64,000 nt of DNA from a virus: positions 64,001-128,000 of the IMG/VR virus record IMGVR_UViG_3300042449_000993, one strand, 5' to 3'. Numbering within the stretch: the first letter of the stretch is position 1; each line of letters opens with the position of its first letter. A program made the position numbers and the translations under genes. A model generated the notes under the pieces. That model did no database searches. It had not been told where the DNA came from and was given only the letters and a program-made list of their open reading frames with translations. Positions 29,273 to 39,335 of this stretch are shown in pieces.

Positions 29273-29917
29273 ATGAAATTAATCACAGAAACAGTTGAAG
29301 CAGTGAAGATGATCACCGAAGAAAAGAACGGTGTGAAAAGTCTCTTCATTCAAGGTCCATTTCTTGTTGCTGAAAAAAAGAATCGTAACGGTCGCATCTA
29401 TCCAGTAGAAACTCTTTCGAAAGAAGTGAAGCGTTATGATGAAGACTATGTTCAAAAGAATCGCGCATTCGGCGAATTGGGTCATCCTGATTCACCAACG
29501 ATTAATCTAGATCGCGTATCACATCTTATCACTAATCTCAAACAAGAAGGTAATGTTTGGATTGGTAAAGCAAAAATTCTTGAAACACCAATGGGTAAAA
29601 TCGCCAAGTCTCTTATGGAAGGCGGTGCAATTCTTGGTGTGTCATGTCGTGGCATGGGCTCTCTCAAAAACGAGAACGGTGTCAACGTCGTGCAAGATGA
29701 CTATTATCTGGCCACAGCGGCTGATATTGTAGCGGATCCATCCGCACCAGGTGCTTTCGTTCAAGGTATTATGGAAGGTAAAGAGTGGGTTTGGGATAAT
29801 GGCATTGTAAAAGAATTAGATGTCAATGCTTATTATAATCAAATCAAGAATGTAAAGCAAAAACAAATTGACGAAATCTCATTGAAGATCTTTGAGAATT
29901 TCTTGTCAAAACTTTAA
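29273..29917 (+). CDS. gp21: Prohead protease gp21
   Basis: NRNGRIYP, GELGHP, GVSCRGMGSL, DIVADPSAP. Confidence 0.95.
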   Translation: MKLITETVEAVKMITEEKNGVKSLFIQGPFLVAEKKNRNGRIYPVETLSKEVKRYDEDYVQKNRAFGELGHPDSPTINLDRVSHLITNLKQEGNVWIGKAKILETPMGKIAKSLMEGGAILGVSCRGMGSLKNENGVNVVQDDYYLATAADIVADPSAPGAFVQGIMEGKEWVWDNGIVKELDVNAYYNQIKNVKQKQIDEISLKIFENFLSKL

Positions 29918-29921
29918 AATT

Positions 29922-29929
29922 TATAAATA
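29922..29929 (+). promoter_or_regulatory. T4-type late promoter
   Basis: TATAAATA upstream of gp22. Confidence 0.8.
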
Positions 29930-29956
29930 ATATTACTTCTTCAGGAGTTAAAACAA

Positions 29957-31198
29957 ATGGCTAAGACATTATCAGAATCCGCTGCAGAAATTCTAAGAGC
30001 ATCAATGAATGCTGCAGGAAAAGAACCAGCAGCAAAATTGCCAGGCGAGATGGAAGATCTCGGTGGACAAACCCCAGAATCACTACCAAATGACTATGGT
30101 CTTAAAGCATCGGCTGAAATGAAACCAGCTGCAAAGCCAGGTCACGAAGGTGTTCCAGCAGAACCAATGAAGAAACTTCCTGGTTCAGATGCTAAGAAAC
30201 TCGCTGACGAAGGAGAAGGTCTTAAGAAGAATCCAGTAGATGCTGGCGAATATAAGACTGAAGAAACAGAAATCGAAGGCGAAGTTGTCGCAGAAGGCGG
30301 CACAAAGGTTCCAATGCCACTTCCTGTCAAGAAACTCGGCGAAGCTGAATCTGAAGAAGATGAAGATAAGGACGAGGAAGAAGAAGAAGAGGAAGACGAA
30401 GACGAAAAGGAAATGAAAGAAGCCTGGAAGAAAGACATGGTCAAGAAGCACAGCAAGTCAATGGCTGAAGACGTTGATGCTCTCTTCAATGGCGAATCTC
30501 TATCCGAAGAATTCCGCACAAAAGCAACAACGATTTTTGAAGCAGCCGTAAATTCTCGCGTTGAATCAATCGTTGAAGATATGGCAGCAGAGAATGATCA
30601 AATTCTTGCTGAAGCATATGAAGCAATGCAAACACAACTAGCTGAACAAGTAGATGAATATCTAAACTATGTTGTTGAGCAATGGATGGAAGAAAATAAA
30701 GTTGCAATCGAAGCAGGTCTCCGTTCTGAATTGACGGAAGACTTTATCAACGGTCTCAAGAATCTCTTTGCAGAACACTACATCGAGATCCCAGAAGAGA
30801 AGGTTGAGGTTGCAGAAACTCTAGCAGTTCGCGTTGCAGAACTCGAAGAAGCAGTCACAACTCTTGCATCAGATGCTGATGCTAAGATCACTGCTCTTAC
30901 AGAGGAACTTAACGTTGCAAAGAGAAATGAAGCAATTCGCAAGATCTGTGAAGGACTAACCGAAGTACAGGTCGAGAAAATGAAATCGCTCGCAGAGGGC
31001 GTGGAGTTCACCACAGAAGGTGAGTTTAATAGCAAACTCGCAGTAATTCGCGAGAACTACTTCCCAGTAAATAAAGTGAAAAGTGAGGTAAAGGCACTTC
31101 AAGAGACGACGGTCACTGAAGATAAGCCAGAAGTAGAAGTTCATGGTCTAATGAAACATTATGTGCAAGCAATTACAAAAACGGCTCCAAAAGCCTAA
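29957..31198 (+). CDS. gp22: Prohead scaffold gp22
   Basis: LSEEFRTKATTIFEAA, YLNYVVEQWMEEN; acidic coiled coil. Confidence 0.92.
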   Translation: MAKTLSESAAEILRASMNAAGKEPAAKLPGEMEDLGGQTPESLPNDYGLKASAEMKPAAKPGHEGVPAEPMKKLPGSDAKKLADEGEGLKKNPVDAGEYKTEETEIEGEVVAEGGTKVPMPLPVKKLGEAESEEDEDKDEEEEEEEDEDEKEMKEAWKKDMVKKHSKSMAEDVDALFNGESLSEEFRTKATTIFEAAVNSRVESIVEDMAAENDQILAEAYEAMQTQLAEQVDEYLNYVVEQWMEENKVAIEAGLRSELTEDFINGLKNLFAEHYIEIPEEKVEVAETLAVRVAELEEAVTTLASDADAKITALTEELNVAKRNEAIRKICEGLTEVQVEKMKSLAEGVEFTTEGEFNSKLAVIRENYFPVNKVKSEVKALQETTVTEDKPEVEVHGLMKHYVQAITKTAPKA

Positions 31199-31229
31199 TT
31201 AACTCATCTTTTTTAACGGAGTATTATAA

Positions 31230-32573
31230 ATGTATCTAAATGAAACCATTACAAAAAAGTGGGCTCCAGTTCTTGATCACGGCGATCTTCCAGCGATCTC
31301 TGATCCATACAAGCGTGCAGTTACTGCCCTTGTTCTAGAAAACCAAGAACGTGCCCTTCAAGAAGAAAACCGCTCAATGACAAACCTATGGGAAGCAGCT
31401 CCTGCTAATGCCATGGGTTCAGCAGGCATCAGCGGTCTTGCTTCAACAGTCAACACTGGCGTAACAGGCTTCGACCCAATCCTAATCGGATTGGTCCGTC
31501 GTGCTCTTCCAAACCTAATGGCTTATGACATCTGCGGCGTTCAGCCAATGACTGGTCCAACAGGTTTGATTTTCGCAATGCGCTCAGTCTATGCATCCTC
31601 AACAGCACGTGGCGGTGAAGCTCTCTTCGACGAAGCAAATAACGCCCACTCTGGTAACGGTACAATGACTGCATTCACCAGCACTATAAATCCAGGTAAT
31701 GCTAACTCATCAATCTACGGTCTTGCAAACACTGGCTTCGGTCTCGACACCGCATCTGGTGAAGATCTAACGATGAAGTATATGGGCTTCCAAATCGATC
31801 GTGTTGCTGTTACAGCAAATACACGCGGCTTGCAAGCAGCATACACGCTAGAACTTGCACAAGATCTCAAGGCAGTTCACGGTCTCGACGCAGAAACAGA
31901 ATTGACAAATATCTTGTCAACAGAAATTCTTGCTGAAATCAACCGCGAAGTTGTTCGTACGATCTATGCAACAGCAAACGTCGGTATCGTCGGTGTGACA
32001 TCAAATACCTTCAACTTGAATTCAAACGACACCACTGCAGGTGGTACATCAGGTCGTTGGCAAGTTGAGAAGTACAAGTCACTCTTGTTCGCAATCGAAA
32101 GAGCAGCCAACAAGATCGCTAAAGACACCCGTCGTGGTAAGGGTAACTTGCTCATCGTTTCAACCGATGTTGCATCAGCTCTTGCAATGACAGGTCTTCT
32201 AGACTACAACTCAGCATTGTCAAACAACACAAATCTAACAGTTGACGATACAGGCAACACATTCGCTGGTACACTATTCGGTCGTATCAAGGTCTATGTT
32301 GATCCATATTCTGTCGCCAATTCAGACTATGTTGTTGTCGGTTATAAGGGTACAAACGCTTATGACGCTGGCTTGTTCTACTGCCCATACGTTCCTCTAC
32401 AAATGGTACGTGCTATCGATCCAACGACTTACCAACCAAAGGTTGGCTTCAAGACTCGTTACGGTCTCGTTGCAAATCCATTCGCAACAGGTGGCGTAGC
32501 TGGTACAGGAGCTCTTGTAAACGGTAACAACGTTTACTATCGTAAGTTCCAAGTGTTGAACATCAACCAGTAA
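31230..32573 (+). CDS. gp23: Major capsid protein gp23
   Basis: GVQPMTGPTGLIFAMR, ELAQDLKAVHGLDAE, FYCPYVPL, GFKTRYG. Confidence 0.98.
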   Translation: MYLNETITKKWAPVLDHGDLPAISDPYKRAVTALVLENQERALQEENRSMTNLWEAAPANAMGSAGISGLASTVNTGVTGFDPILIGLVRRALPNLMAYDICGVQPMTGPTGLIFAMRSVYASSTARGGEALFDEANNAHSGNGTMTAFTSTINPGNANSSIYGLANTGFGLDTASGEDLTMKYMGFQIDRVAVTANTRGLQAAYTLELAQDLKAVHGLDAETELTNILSTEILAEINREVVRTIYATANVGIVGVTSNTFNLNSNDTTAGGTSGRWQVEKYKSLLFAIERAANKIAKDTRRGKGNLLIVSTDVASALAMTGLLDYNSALSNNTNLTVDDTGNTFAGTLFGRIKVYVDPYSVANSDYVVVGYKGTNAYDAGLFYCPYVPLQMVRAIDPTTYQPKVGFKTRYGLVANPFATGGVAGTGALVNGNNVYYRKFQVLNINQ

Positions 32574-32617
32574 TAGTTATTACCGACTTTATAAAAATAA
32601 TAAGGTAATGTGACTCG

Positions 32618-32650
32618 GGGGGAGCAGAAATGCTCCCCCTTTTTTATTTT
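32618..32650 (+). terminator. Rho-independent terminator after gp23
   Basis: gggggagca-gaaa-tgctccccc followed by a T run. Confidence 0.9.
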
Positions 32651-32651
32651 C

Positions 32652-32659
32652 TATAAATA
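32652..32659 (+). promoter_or_regulatory. T4-type late promoter
   Basis: TATAAATA upstream of the gp3-like gene. Confidence 0.75.
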
Positions 32660-32686
32660 GATTAGTTGACTTACGGAATTTTTTCA

Positions 32687-33232
32687 ATGACTGCATTAAC
32701 TAGATCTCCAACTAATACAGACTTACTCCAAAGTACCAAATTTAGAGTAACATTTGATCGTTTGCCTGGATCCACATATTATTGTCAAGCAGCAAATGTT
32801 CCTGGAGTTTCATTAACAGAAATTGTTAGACCAACACCATTTATTGACTTATATCATCCTGGCGAAAAGATGATATATGATACATTTACAATTACATTTT
32901 TAGTTGATGAAGATATGCGCGCATTTACTGAAATTCATGATTGGATTCGTGCTATGACATTTCCGACTGATTTCAAAGAATATAGAGATTTGGAAAGGCT
33001 TGCAAGAGCTCCATATCTTTTTGGAACTGCACCAAAAGGCAAGCCACAATATTCTGAAGCAATTATGACACTACACTCGAATAAGAACAATCCCAAATTC
33101 AGAGTCAAATTTTATGATTTGTTTCCAACGACATTATCATCATTAATGTTCAACTCGCAAGATACAGCAGAGAACATTGTCGTTGCAGATGCAACTTTTC
33201 GATTTGCTTATTATGAATACGAAAGAATTTAA
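32687..33232 (+). CDS. gp3: Tail tube terminator / completion protein gp3-like
   Basis: CQAANVPGVSL, ITFLVDEDM, EIHDWI, FPTTLS; gp23-gp3-uvsY-uvsW order as in aquatic T4-like phages. Confidence 0.8.
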   Translation: MTALTRSPTNTDLLQSTKFRVTFDRLPGSTYYCQAANVPGVSLTEIVRPTPFIDLYHPGEKMIYDTFTITFLVDEDMRAFTEIHDWIRAMTFPTDFKEYRDLERLARAPYLFGTAPKGKPQYSEAIMTLHSNKNNPKFRVKFYDLFPTTLSSLMFNSQDTAENIVVADATFRFAYYEYERI

Positions 33233-33281
33233 TAGATACTAGATATAATCTATTGGTACTTCGTTCAAACCACACATAGTG

Positions 33282-33310
33282 ATTATACTGTTTAATTATA
33301 CAAGAGTAAA
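33282..33310 (-). promoter_or_regulatory. Antisense sigma70/T4-early-like promoter (TTTACT-17-TATAAT on the minus strand)
   Basis: agtaaa 33305-33310 and attata 33282-33287 on the + strand. Confidence 0.45.
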
Positions 33311-33334
33311 TTCTTGCTAGAGCTTCGGCAGGAG

Positions 33335-33363
33335 TTTACTTACAAATGATAATAGTGTATAAT
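33335..33363 (+). promoter_or_regulatory. T4-early-like promoter for uvsY (GTTTACT-17-TATAAT)
   Basis: Read directly. Confidence 0.7.
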
Positions 33364-33391
33364 AGAACTATCTTATCACACTTGTATTAAT

Positions 33392-33841
33392 ATGAAAATT
33401 GAAACTCCACCACTTGAAGAATTGATGGTTCAATGGGAAAGGGATTCTGAAGTAGATACCACAGAACCTGGCAAAGAAATCTTGCGTATTCCTATTCTTC
33501 ACAACAAGTATAACAAATATTTGTCTTTGCATAATCTTGCTGCAAAAAGAGCAGCGATGGAATATGACAAACTCAAGAAATTGAAGTGGATGTACTATAA
33601 CGGCAAACTTGATCAAGATGAATTGGATAAACTTGGTTGGGAGCCATTTAGATTCACCCTCAAGTCAGACATTCAAGTGTATCTTGATGGTGATGATGAT
33701 TTGACAAAACTTAAACGAAAAAAAGCCTATCATGAAGAGTCAGCAAATTTTTGTACCAACGTTATGAAAGAATTGAATAATCGTACTTGGCAATTGAAAG
33801 AATACATGGGCTGGGAAAAGTTCATTCAAGGTGCACGTTAA
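33392..33841 (+). CDS. uvsY: Recombination mediator UvsY
   Basis: IPILHNKY, KWMYYNGK, LKSDIQVYLDGD, WEKFIQG. Confidence 0.9.
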   Translation: MKIETPPLEELMVQWERDSEVDTTEPGKEILRIPILHNKYNKYLSLHNLAAKRAAMEYDKLKKLKWMYYNGKLDQDELDKLGWEPFRFTLKSDIQVYLDGDDDLTKLKRKKAYHEESANFCTNVMKELNNRTWQLKEYMGWEKFIQGAR

Positions 33842-34413
33842 TGTTTGAAAATAAAATACTTATTGTTGATAATTTTTACGAAGATCCAGATTCTGTTAGA
33901 AGTTTTGCTCTTAAACAAAATTTCACTTCAAACTATAATGACAATGGTGCCAAGATTCCTGGAGTTCGTACTGATGAAATACAAACATTGAGTTTAAAGT
34001 ATTTCAATTTATTGAAAAGCACTCTATTCAACAATTTGTTCGGCTACCCTAAACACTTTGTTTCTATAGATGAGATGATGCTTTCTAGGTATCAAGTATG
34101 TTTAGAAAGCGATGGTGATAGTTGGCCACATTATGATAAAAAGACAGTTGCAGGTTTAGTGTACCTAACCCCAAATCCTCCACCAAATAGTGGCACAATT
34201 TTCTATGATGTAGATCCAAATGATCCATCAAATAAAGAAAACATTACTGTAAAACAGGTTGTACAAAATGTTTACAATCGTGCAATAATTTATTCTGGTA
34301 CTGTTCTTCACAAATCAGAAAATTATTTTGGTGATACATTAGAAAATGGTAGACTAATCAATCCATTTTTTATTGATATTATGAACATTGATATTCAACG
34401 AGATAATTCATGA
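33841..34413 (+). CDS. 2OG-Fe(II) oxygenase (DUF6445-like)
   Basis: IVDNFYEDPD, PGVRT, WPHYD, AGLVYL, NVYNRAIIY, LHKS; paralogue of 18366..18914; start at the TAATG overlap. Confidence 0.7.
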   Translation: MFENKILIVDNFYEDPDSVRSFALKQNFTSNYNDNGAKIPGVRTDEIQTLSLKYFNLLKSTLFNNLFGYPKHFVSIDEMMLSRYQVCLESDGDSWPHYDKKTVAGLVYLTPNPPPNSGTIFYDVDPNDPSNKENITVKQVVQNVYNRAIIYSGTVLHKSENYFGDTLENGRLINPFFIDIMNIDIQRDNS

Positions 34414-35240
34414 AAGTTATTGATACTTTTATGTTCTGTAATGAACTTGATATGCTTGAAGGTAGACTTGAATACCTTTACGATCATGTTGATCATTTTG
34501 TTTTGGTTGAAGCGCCAATCACGCAAAGTGGGCATGAAAAGCCGATGCACTTCATGAATAACATCTCCAGATATAAAAAGTACATAGACAAAATCATCTA
34601 CTTTCCCTTTGTGTGCAAAAGAAGTGATTTTGATTTCGATAAAATTCCAAACCACGAGAGAGACTATAACACAGGACCATGGCAAGTTGAGAATGGTCAA
34701 CGCGATCACATAACAGAATGTCTTGGATTATTCTCAGATGACTCACTTATCTTTATAAGTGACTGCGATGAAATCTATCATAAAGATTGCATTGGAATTG
34801 CAAAAGATTGTTTCGCAAGTGGTTATGAAGCGTTATCCATTCAAATGGATCATTATCAGTTTAATTTTGAAAACAAATCTAAGAATAATCAAATACTCTT
34901 TAGTACCGTCTCAACAAATGCATACACTAAAAGAGAAAGAGCCAAAAACGTCCACAATAACAGATATTCTCATGCAGTAATTCATAATGGTGGATGGCAT
35001 TTAAGTTGGTGGTTGGATCCAAAAGCAATTCAGTATAAGATTGAAACATTTGCTCATCAGGAAAAGAATCAAGAACAATTTAAGAGCATGGAGTATATAA
35101 ACAAGAAACTTCAAGAAGGTGGCGATATCTTTAATCGCGACCCTAATGTTCATGCATTTGAGAAAGGTGATGTTGCTAACATCCCAGAAAATGTCTATAG
35201 AATTTTCAATGGTATTCAGCAGAAAATTGATGATCTATGA
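34410..35240 (+). CDS. Glycosyltransferase family 17-like (beta-1,4-GlcNAc transferase)
   Basis: IDTFMFCNELDMLEGRL, VDHFVLVEA, ENGQRD, ISDCDEI, GGWHLSW, KIETFAH. Confidence 0.85.
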   Translation: MKVIDTFMFCNELDMLEGRLEYLYDHVDHFVLVEAPITQSGHEKPMHFMNNISRYKKYIDKIIYFPFVCKRSDFDFDKIPNHERDYNTGPWQVENGQRDHITECLGLFSDDSLIFISDCDEIYHKDCIGIAKDCFASGYEALSIQMDHYQFNFENKSKNNQILFSTVSTNAYTKRERAKNVHNNRYSHAVIHNGGWHLSWWLDPKAIQYKIETFAHQEKNQEQFKSMEYINKKLQEGGDIFNRDPNVHAFEKGDVANIPENVYRIFNGIQQKIDDL

Positions 35241-36703
35241 TTGAGCACGTTGTAATTGAAAAAGTAAATAACATCTATGTCCAAGTGACTGCTGAACCTG
35301 CCATCTTGCAAGAGATGTCAGAGTTCTTTACATTTTCAACTCCAGGCTATCAATTTTCTCCAGCATTTCGCAATAAATACTGGGACGGAAAGATTCGACT
35401 CTTGAATCTGAATACAAGACAAATTTATCTTGGTTTAGTTCCGTATATCAAAAAGTTTTGCAAGGATAGCAACTACACCTGTGAGTACATCGATGAAGAA
35501 AAGGAAATCTATCCTGTTGACACCAAAAATCTGGCTTCGGCTCTTTCTTTGTCAATTGAACCCAGAGATTATCAACTCCTTGCGTCAAGCGTCGGACTTA
35601 CGAAGAAGAGAACTGTACTCATTTCACCAACAGCGTCAGGAAAATCACTAATCATCTATATGATGATCCGCCACCTGTTGAACACAGGTAAGAAGCGTGG
35701 ATTGTTGATTGTTCCTACGATTAATCTCGTCACTCAGATGCATTCTGACTTTAAGAACTATTCATCTATAAATGGATGGGATGTAGACAAGTATTGTCAG
35801 AAGATTTATGGTGGTGAAAGCAAGATACCTGATAGTGATCTTGTAATATCAACTTGGCAATCTATCTATGAGATGCCAAAGAAATACTTTGCGCAGTTTG
35901 ATTTCATCATTGGCGACGAAGCACATACATTTAAAGCCAAGTCATTAACTTCTATCATGACTAAACTCATCAACTGTGATGTGCGTATTGGCACGACAGG
36001 TACACTTGATGATAGCAAGGTCAATAAACTAGTTCTTGAAGGATTATTCGGTCCTACGTTCAAAGTTATTTCCACAAAAGAACTCATTGAGCGTAAACAA
36101 CTCGCCAACTTCAGCATCAAGTGCATTGTATTGAAGTATCCAGAAATAGTTTGTAAAACAGTTAAAGGTTTTACTTATCAGGACGAGATGGGGTTTCTCG
36201 TTCAACACGAAGGGCGCAATCGCTTCATCACTGATCTTGCGTTGAATCTCAAAGGCAATAGTCTTGTTTTATTTACTTATGTTGAAAAACACGGTAAACT
36301 ATTATTCGAATGGATAACTGAAAAAGCAAATGGTCGAAAAGTATTTTTTATTCATGGTGGGGTTGAAGCAGAAGATCGCGAAGCAGTAAGACATATCACT
36401 GAACAAGAAAACGATGCGATCATTGTGGCAAGTTACGGAACATTCTCTACTGGAGTAAACATTCGTAACCTACATAATATTATATTCTCCTCTCCAACAA
36501 AGAGTAAAATTCGAGCATTGCAGTCCATTGGGCGTGTGCTGCGTCTAGGTGAAAATAAAGAAGCAGCAACACTGTACGATATCGCTGATGATCTACGTTA
36601 TGGTCCTTATACAAACTTCACATTGAAGCACTATGAGGAACGGGTGAAGATCTACAGTGAAGAAAAATTTCCTTTCACAACGAATAACGTAAGGATAAAT
36701 TAA
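35237..36703 (+). CDS. uvsW: UvsW SF2 helicase
   Basis: WDGKIRL, SPTASGKS, DEAH, QSIGRVLR. Confidence 0.95.
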   Translation: MIEHVVIEKVNNIYVQVTAEPAILQEMSEFFTFSTPGYQFSPAFRNKYWDGKIRLLNLNTRQIYLGLVPYIKKFCKDSNYTCEYIDEEKEIYPVDTKNLASALSLSIEPRDYQLLASSVGLTKKRTVLISPTASGKSLIIYMMIRHLLNTGKKRGLLIVPTINLVTQMHSDFKNYSSINGWDVDKYCQKIYGGESKIPDSDLVISTWQSIYEMPKKYFAQFDFIIGDEAHTFKAKSLTSIMTKLINCDVRIGTTGTLDDSKVNKLVLEGLFGPTFKVISTKELIERKQLANFSIKCIVLKYPEIVCKTVKGFTYQDEMGFLVQHEGRNRFITDLALNLKGNSLVLFTYVEKHGKLLFEWITEKANGRKVFFIHGGVEAEDREAVRHITEQENDAIIVASYGTFSTGVNIRNLHNIIFSSPTKSKIRALQSIGRVLRLGENKEAATLYDIADDLRYGPYTNFTLKHYEERVKIYSEEKFPFTTNNVRIN

Positions 36704-37149
36704 TGTCTGAAGATAAACCAGAATATAAACCAAGAGGTGAACTGCGATTCATTCGCTTGCGTTCTATCCCAGATGACATCATTGGATATGTAACTTATAA
36801 AGAAGGATACATCACAGTAGAGTTGCCTCTGAGAATTGAAATTGAAACTATATTTGATGAAGGTCGGCAAATCTTAGCGATGCAAGAGTACCTCCCTCAA
36901 TCAGTAATCGAGATCAAAGAAGTAGATTTTGATGATTATGAGGTATTATTTGCTTCACCAGTTCGCGCTGAATTTGTTGAACAATATGAATACGTTGCTG
37001 ATTTTTTCTATAATAACACAGCGCAAATTAAAACACCAGTTAAGAAAAAGACAACTGCTGACATTACTGCTAATACATCTGAAACAATGACAAAGGTTGT
37101 GTCAATTCTCGAAGCAATGCAAGCAAAAAAAGATAAACCAGTCCATTAA
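36703..37149 (+). CDS. Hypothetical protein between uvsW and gp55
   Basis: 148 aa ORF, translationally coupled to uvsW. Confidence 0.6.
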   Translation: MSEDKPEYKPRGELRFIRLRSIPDDIIGYVTYKEGYITVELPLRIEIETIFDEGRQILAMQEYLPQSVIEIKEVDFDDYEVLFASPVRAEFVEQYEYVADFFYNNTAQIKTPVKKKTTADITANTSETMTKVVSILEAMQAKKDKPVH

Positions 37150-37151
37150 TT

Positions 37152-37763
37152 ATGAAACGTTTAAACATTGAAATTAAAAAAGAACCATTCACTCATGTCA
37201 TTTTACATGATGTATATGAAAAACATGAATATGAAGGTGTTTGGTCTGAATTATTATTCTTACAAAAAAGAATGGTTCCTGGCTATATGACTGGAGCAGC
37301 AGGTGATAGTCTTGGGATCACTAAAAAACGAAACGCTGGGATATTTTTAAACGATGTTTATAGAAATCCAGAGTTCTCAAGCATCATGGTTTGCGCTCGG
37401 AATACAATCGCAGACCCCCATCTAAAGCATATTATTGATGGAATTGATGATACATACTTTGATCTTTACGATTCAATAAATTCAGATTCTACTATAGTTC
37501 AGTCATATGCTAATGGAGATTTTTATAAACCACACCGCGATGAATGTATCTTTACATCTATTTGTTGTTTATACAAAAAACCAAAAGCCTTTTCTGGTGG
37601 ATTATTACATTTTCCCAAATATGACTTTTTTATTGATTTAGAAGATAATCAATGCGTTATTTTCCCATCAAGAATTGAACATGGTGTCACAGAAATTAAA
37701 ACAAATGAATCAAATCCTGAATACAACAGATTCTCAATTAGTAACTTTATGAAGATTGTTTAA
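37152..37763 (+). CDS. 2OG-Fe(II) oxygenase (P4H-like)
   Basis: YKPHRD, FSGGLLHF, FPSRIEHGV, NRFSISNF. Confidence 0.85.
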   Translation: MKRLNIEIKKEPFTHVILHDVYEKHEYEGVWSELLFLQKRMVPGYMTGAAGDSLGITKKRNAGIFLNDVYRNPEFSSIMVCARNTIADPHLKHIIDGIDDTYFDLYDSINSDSTIVQSYANGDFYKPHRDECIFTSICCLYKKPKAFSGGLLHFPKYDFFIDLEDNQCVIFPSRIEHGVTEIKTNESNPEYNRFSISNFMKIV

Positions 37764-37765
37764 TT

Positions 37766-38305
37766 ATGGCAAAAAATCACTATATCAATAATAAAGATTT
37801 CCTGAAAGAAATGACTGCGTATAGAACAGCAATACGCAAAGCAAAACGAGCAGGACAACCAAAGCCACAGATTCCTCGATACGTCGCTGAATGCTTTATG
37901 AAGATTGCTGAGAATCTTTCACACAAACCCAATTTCTTGTCTTATACTTTTCGAGATGAAATGGTTGCTGACGCGATTGAAAACTGCGTAATGTACGTTG
38001 ACAATTTTGACCCAGCAAAATCAAGCAATCCATTTGCCTATTTCACTCAAATAGTATATTATGCATTCTTACGTCGCATTCAGAAAGAAAAGAAACAATT
38101 GTATGTTAAGTACAAGGCTACTGAGACTGCTGGCATTCTTGATGAGTTTGAACTTAATGAAAATGAAGATGGAACCTTTAGACAATTTGAGTTATACGAA
38201 AACATTTCAGAGTTTATTGTAAATTACGAAAATGCTCGTAAAGAAAAGAAAATCAAGAAGGCAGGTTTGGAGAAGTTTGTAGATGAAGATAGCAATATTG
38301 GGTGA
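37766..38305 (+). CDS. gp55: Late sigma factor gp55
   Basis: HYINNKDF, NPFAYFTQIVYYAFLRRIQKEKKQ. Confidence 0.95.
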   Translation: MAKNHYINNKDFLKEMTAYRTAIRKAKRAGQPKPQIPRYVAECFMKIAENLSHKPNFLSYTFRDEMVADAIENCVMYVDNFDPAKSSNPFAYFTQIVYYAFLRRIQKEKKQLYVKYKATETAGILDEFELNENEDGTFRQFELYENISEFIVNYENARKEKKIKKAGLEKFVDEDSNIG

Positions 38306-39335
38306 CACACATTTTGGTATGAGAGGCGATAGCATTGCCTTTCATAATCATTATCGTGAGTTTTATACGAAACATTTTTTCCCTTATTTGGTGGACCATG
38401 GAGTTAGGACCATCTTTCAACTTGGTGATCTATTTGATCGTCGGAAGTATATTTCTTTTCAGTCTCTTGCTCTTTGCCGCAAGTATTTTTTTGATAAACT
38501 GGTTGAACATAATATAGAGATGCATACGTTGCTTGGCAACCATGACATCACATTCAAGAATACACTCGAAGTCAATTCGCCAGAGTTACTGCTCAAAGAC
38601 TATCCAAACGTTATTGTTTACAATGAACCAACGGAATGGCAAGGTATTGATATCATTCCTTGGATCTGTAAGGATAATGAACTGGAAATTCTTGATTTTA
38701 TCAAGAGAAGCACCAACCACGTTTGTTTTGGTCACTTTGAACTGCAAGGGTTTGAGATGGATCGTGGCAGCATTTGTCACGAAGGTATGGATCCTGCTCA
38801 ACTTCAGAAGTATGATCTTGTTCTCTCAGGTCACTTCCATCACAAGAGCAACAGCGGCAGCATTGTATATGTTGGCACTCCTGGAGAGATGACTTGGGCT
38901 GATTATAATGATGAGCGTGGGTTTCACATCTATGATACTGAGACTCGTCAATTAGAATTCATCAAAAATCCATTGAACATGTTCTACAAGATTCAATACA
39001 ATGATGATGAATTGTATTACAATGATCTTGTCAATGCAGATTATTCTCATTTGACAAGCAAGTATGTGAAGATTGTTGTTGAGAAGCGCAACAATTCATT
39101 CTTGTTCGATACACTATTGGATTCTCTTGCCAAAGTCAATCCTCTTGAAGTTTCTGTGGTTGAAGACTTTTCAGAGATCACTGAAAATGTCGAAGTTGAT
39201 ATTGACCAAGCAGAAGATACAATGTCAATTCTAAGTAAATACGTTGATGGTTTGACTTTACCTGTAGAATCAGATAAAATAAAGACCGTATTGCGTGAAG
39301 TGTACAATGAAGCATTGTCTATGGAGACAACGTGA
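38283..39335 (+). CDS. gp47: Recombination nuclease gp47 (Mre11/SbcD-like)
   Basis: GDTHFG, GDLFDRR, GNHD, SGHFH. Confidence 0.95.
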   Translation: MKIAILGDTHFGMRGDSIAFHNHYREFYTKHFFPYLVDHGVRTIFQLGDLFDRRKYISFQSLALCRKYFFDKLVEHNIEMHTLLGNHDITFKNTLEVNSPELLLKDYPNVIVYNEPTEWQGIDIIPWICKDNELEILDFIKRSTNHVCFGHFELQGFEMDRGSICHEGMDPAQLQKYDLVLSGHFHHKSNSGSIVYVGTPGEMTWADYNDERGFHIYDTETRQLEFIKNPLNMFYKIQYNDDELYYNDLVNADYSHLTSKYVKIVVEKRNNSFLFDTLLDSLAKVNPLEVSVVEDFSEITENVEVDIDQAEDTMSILSKYVDGLTLPVESDKIKTVLREVYNEALSMETT

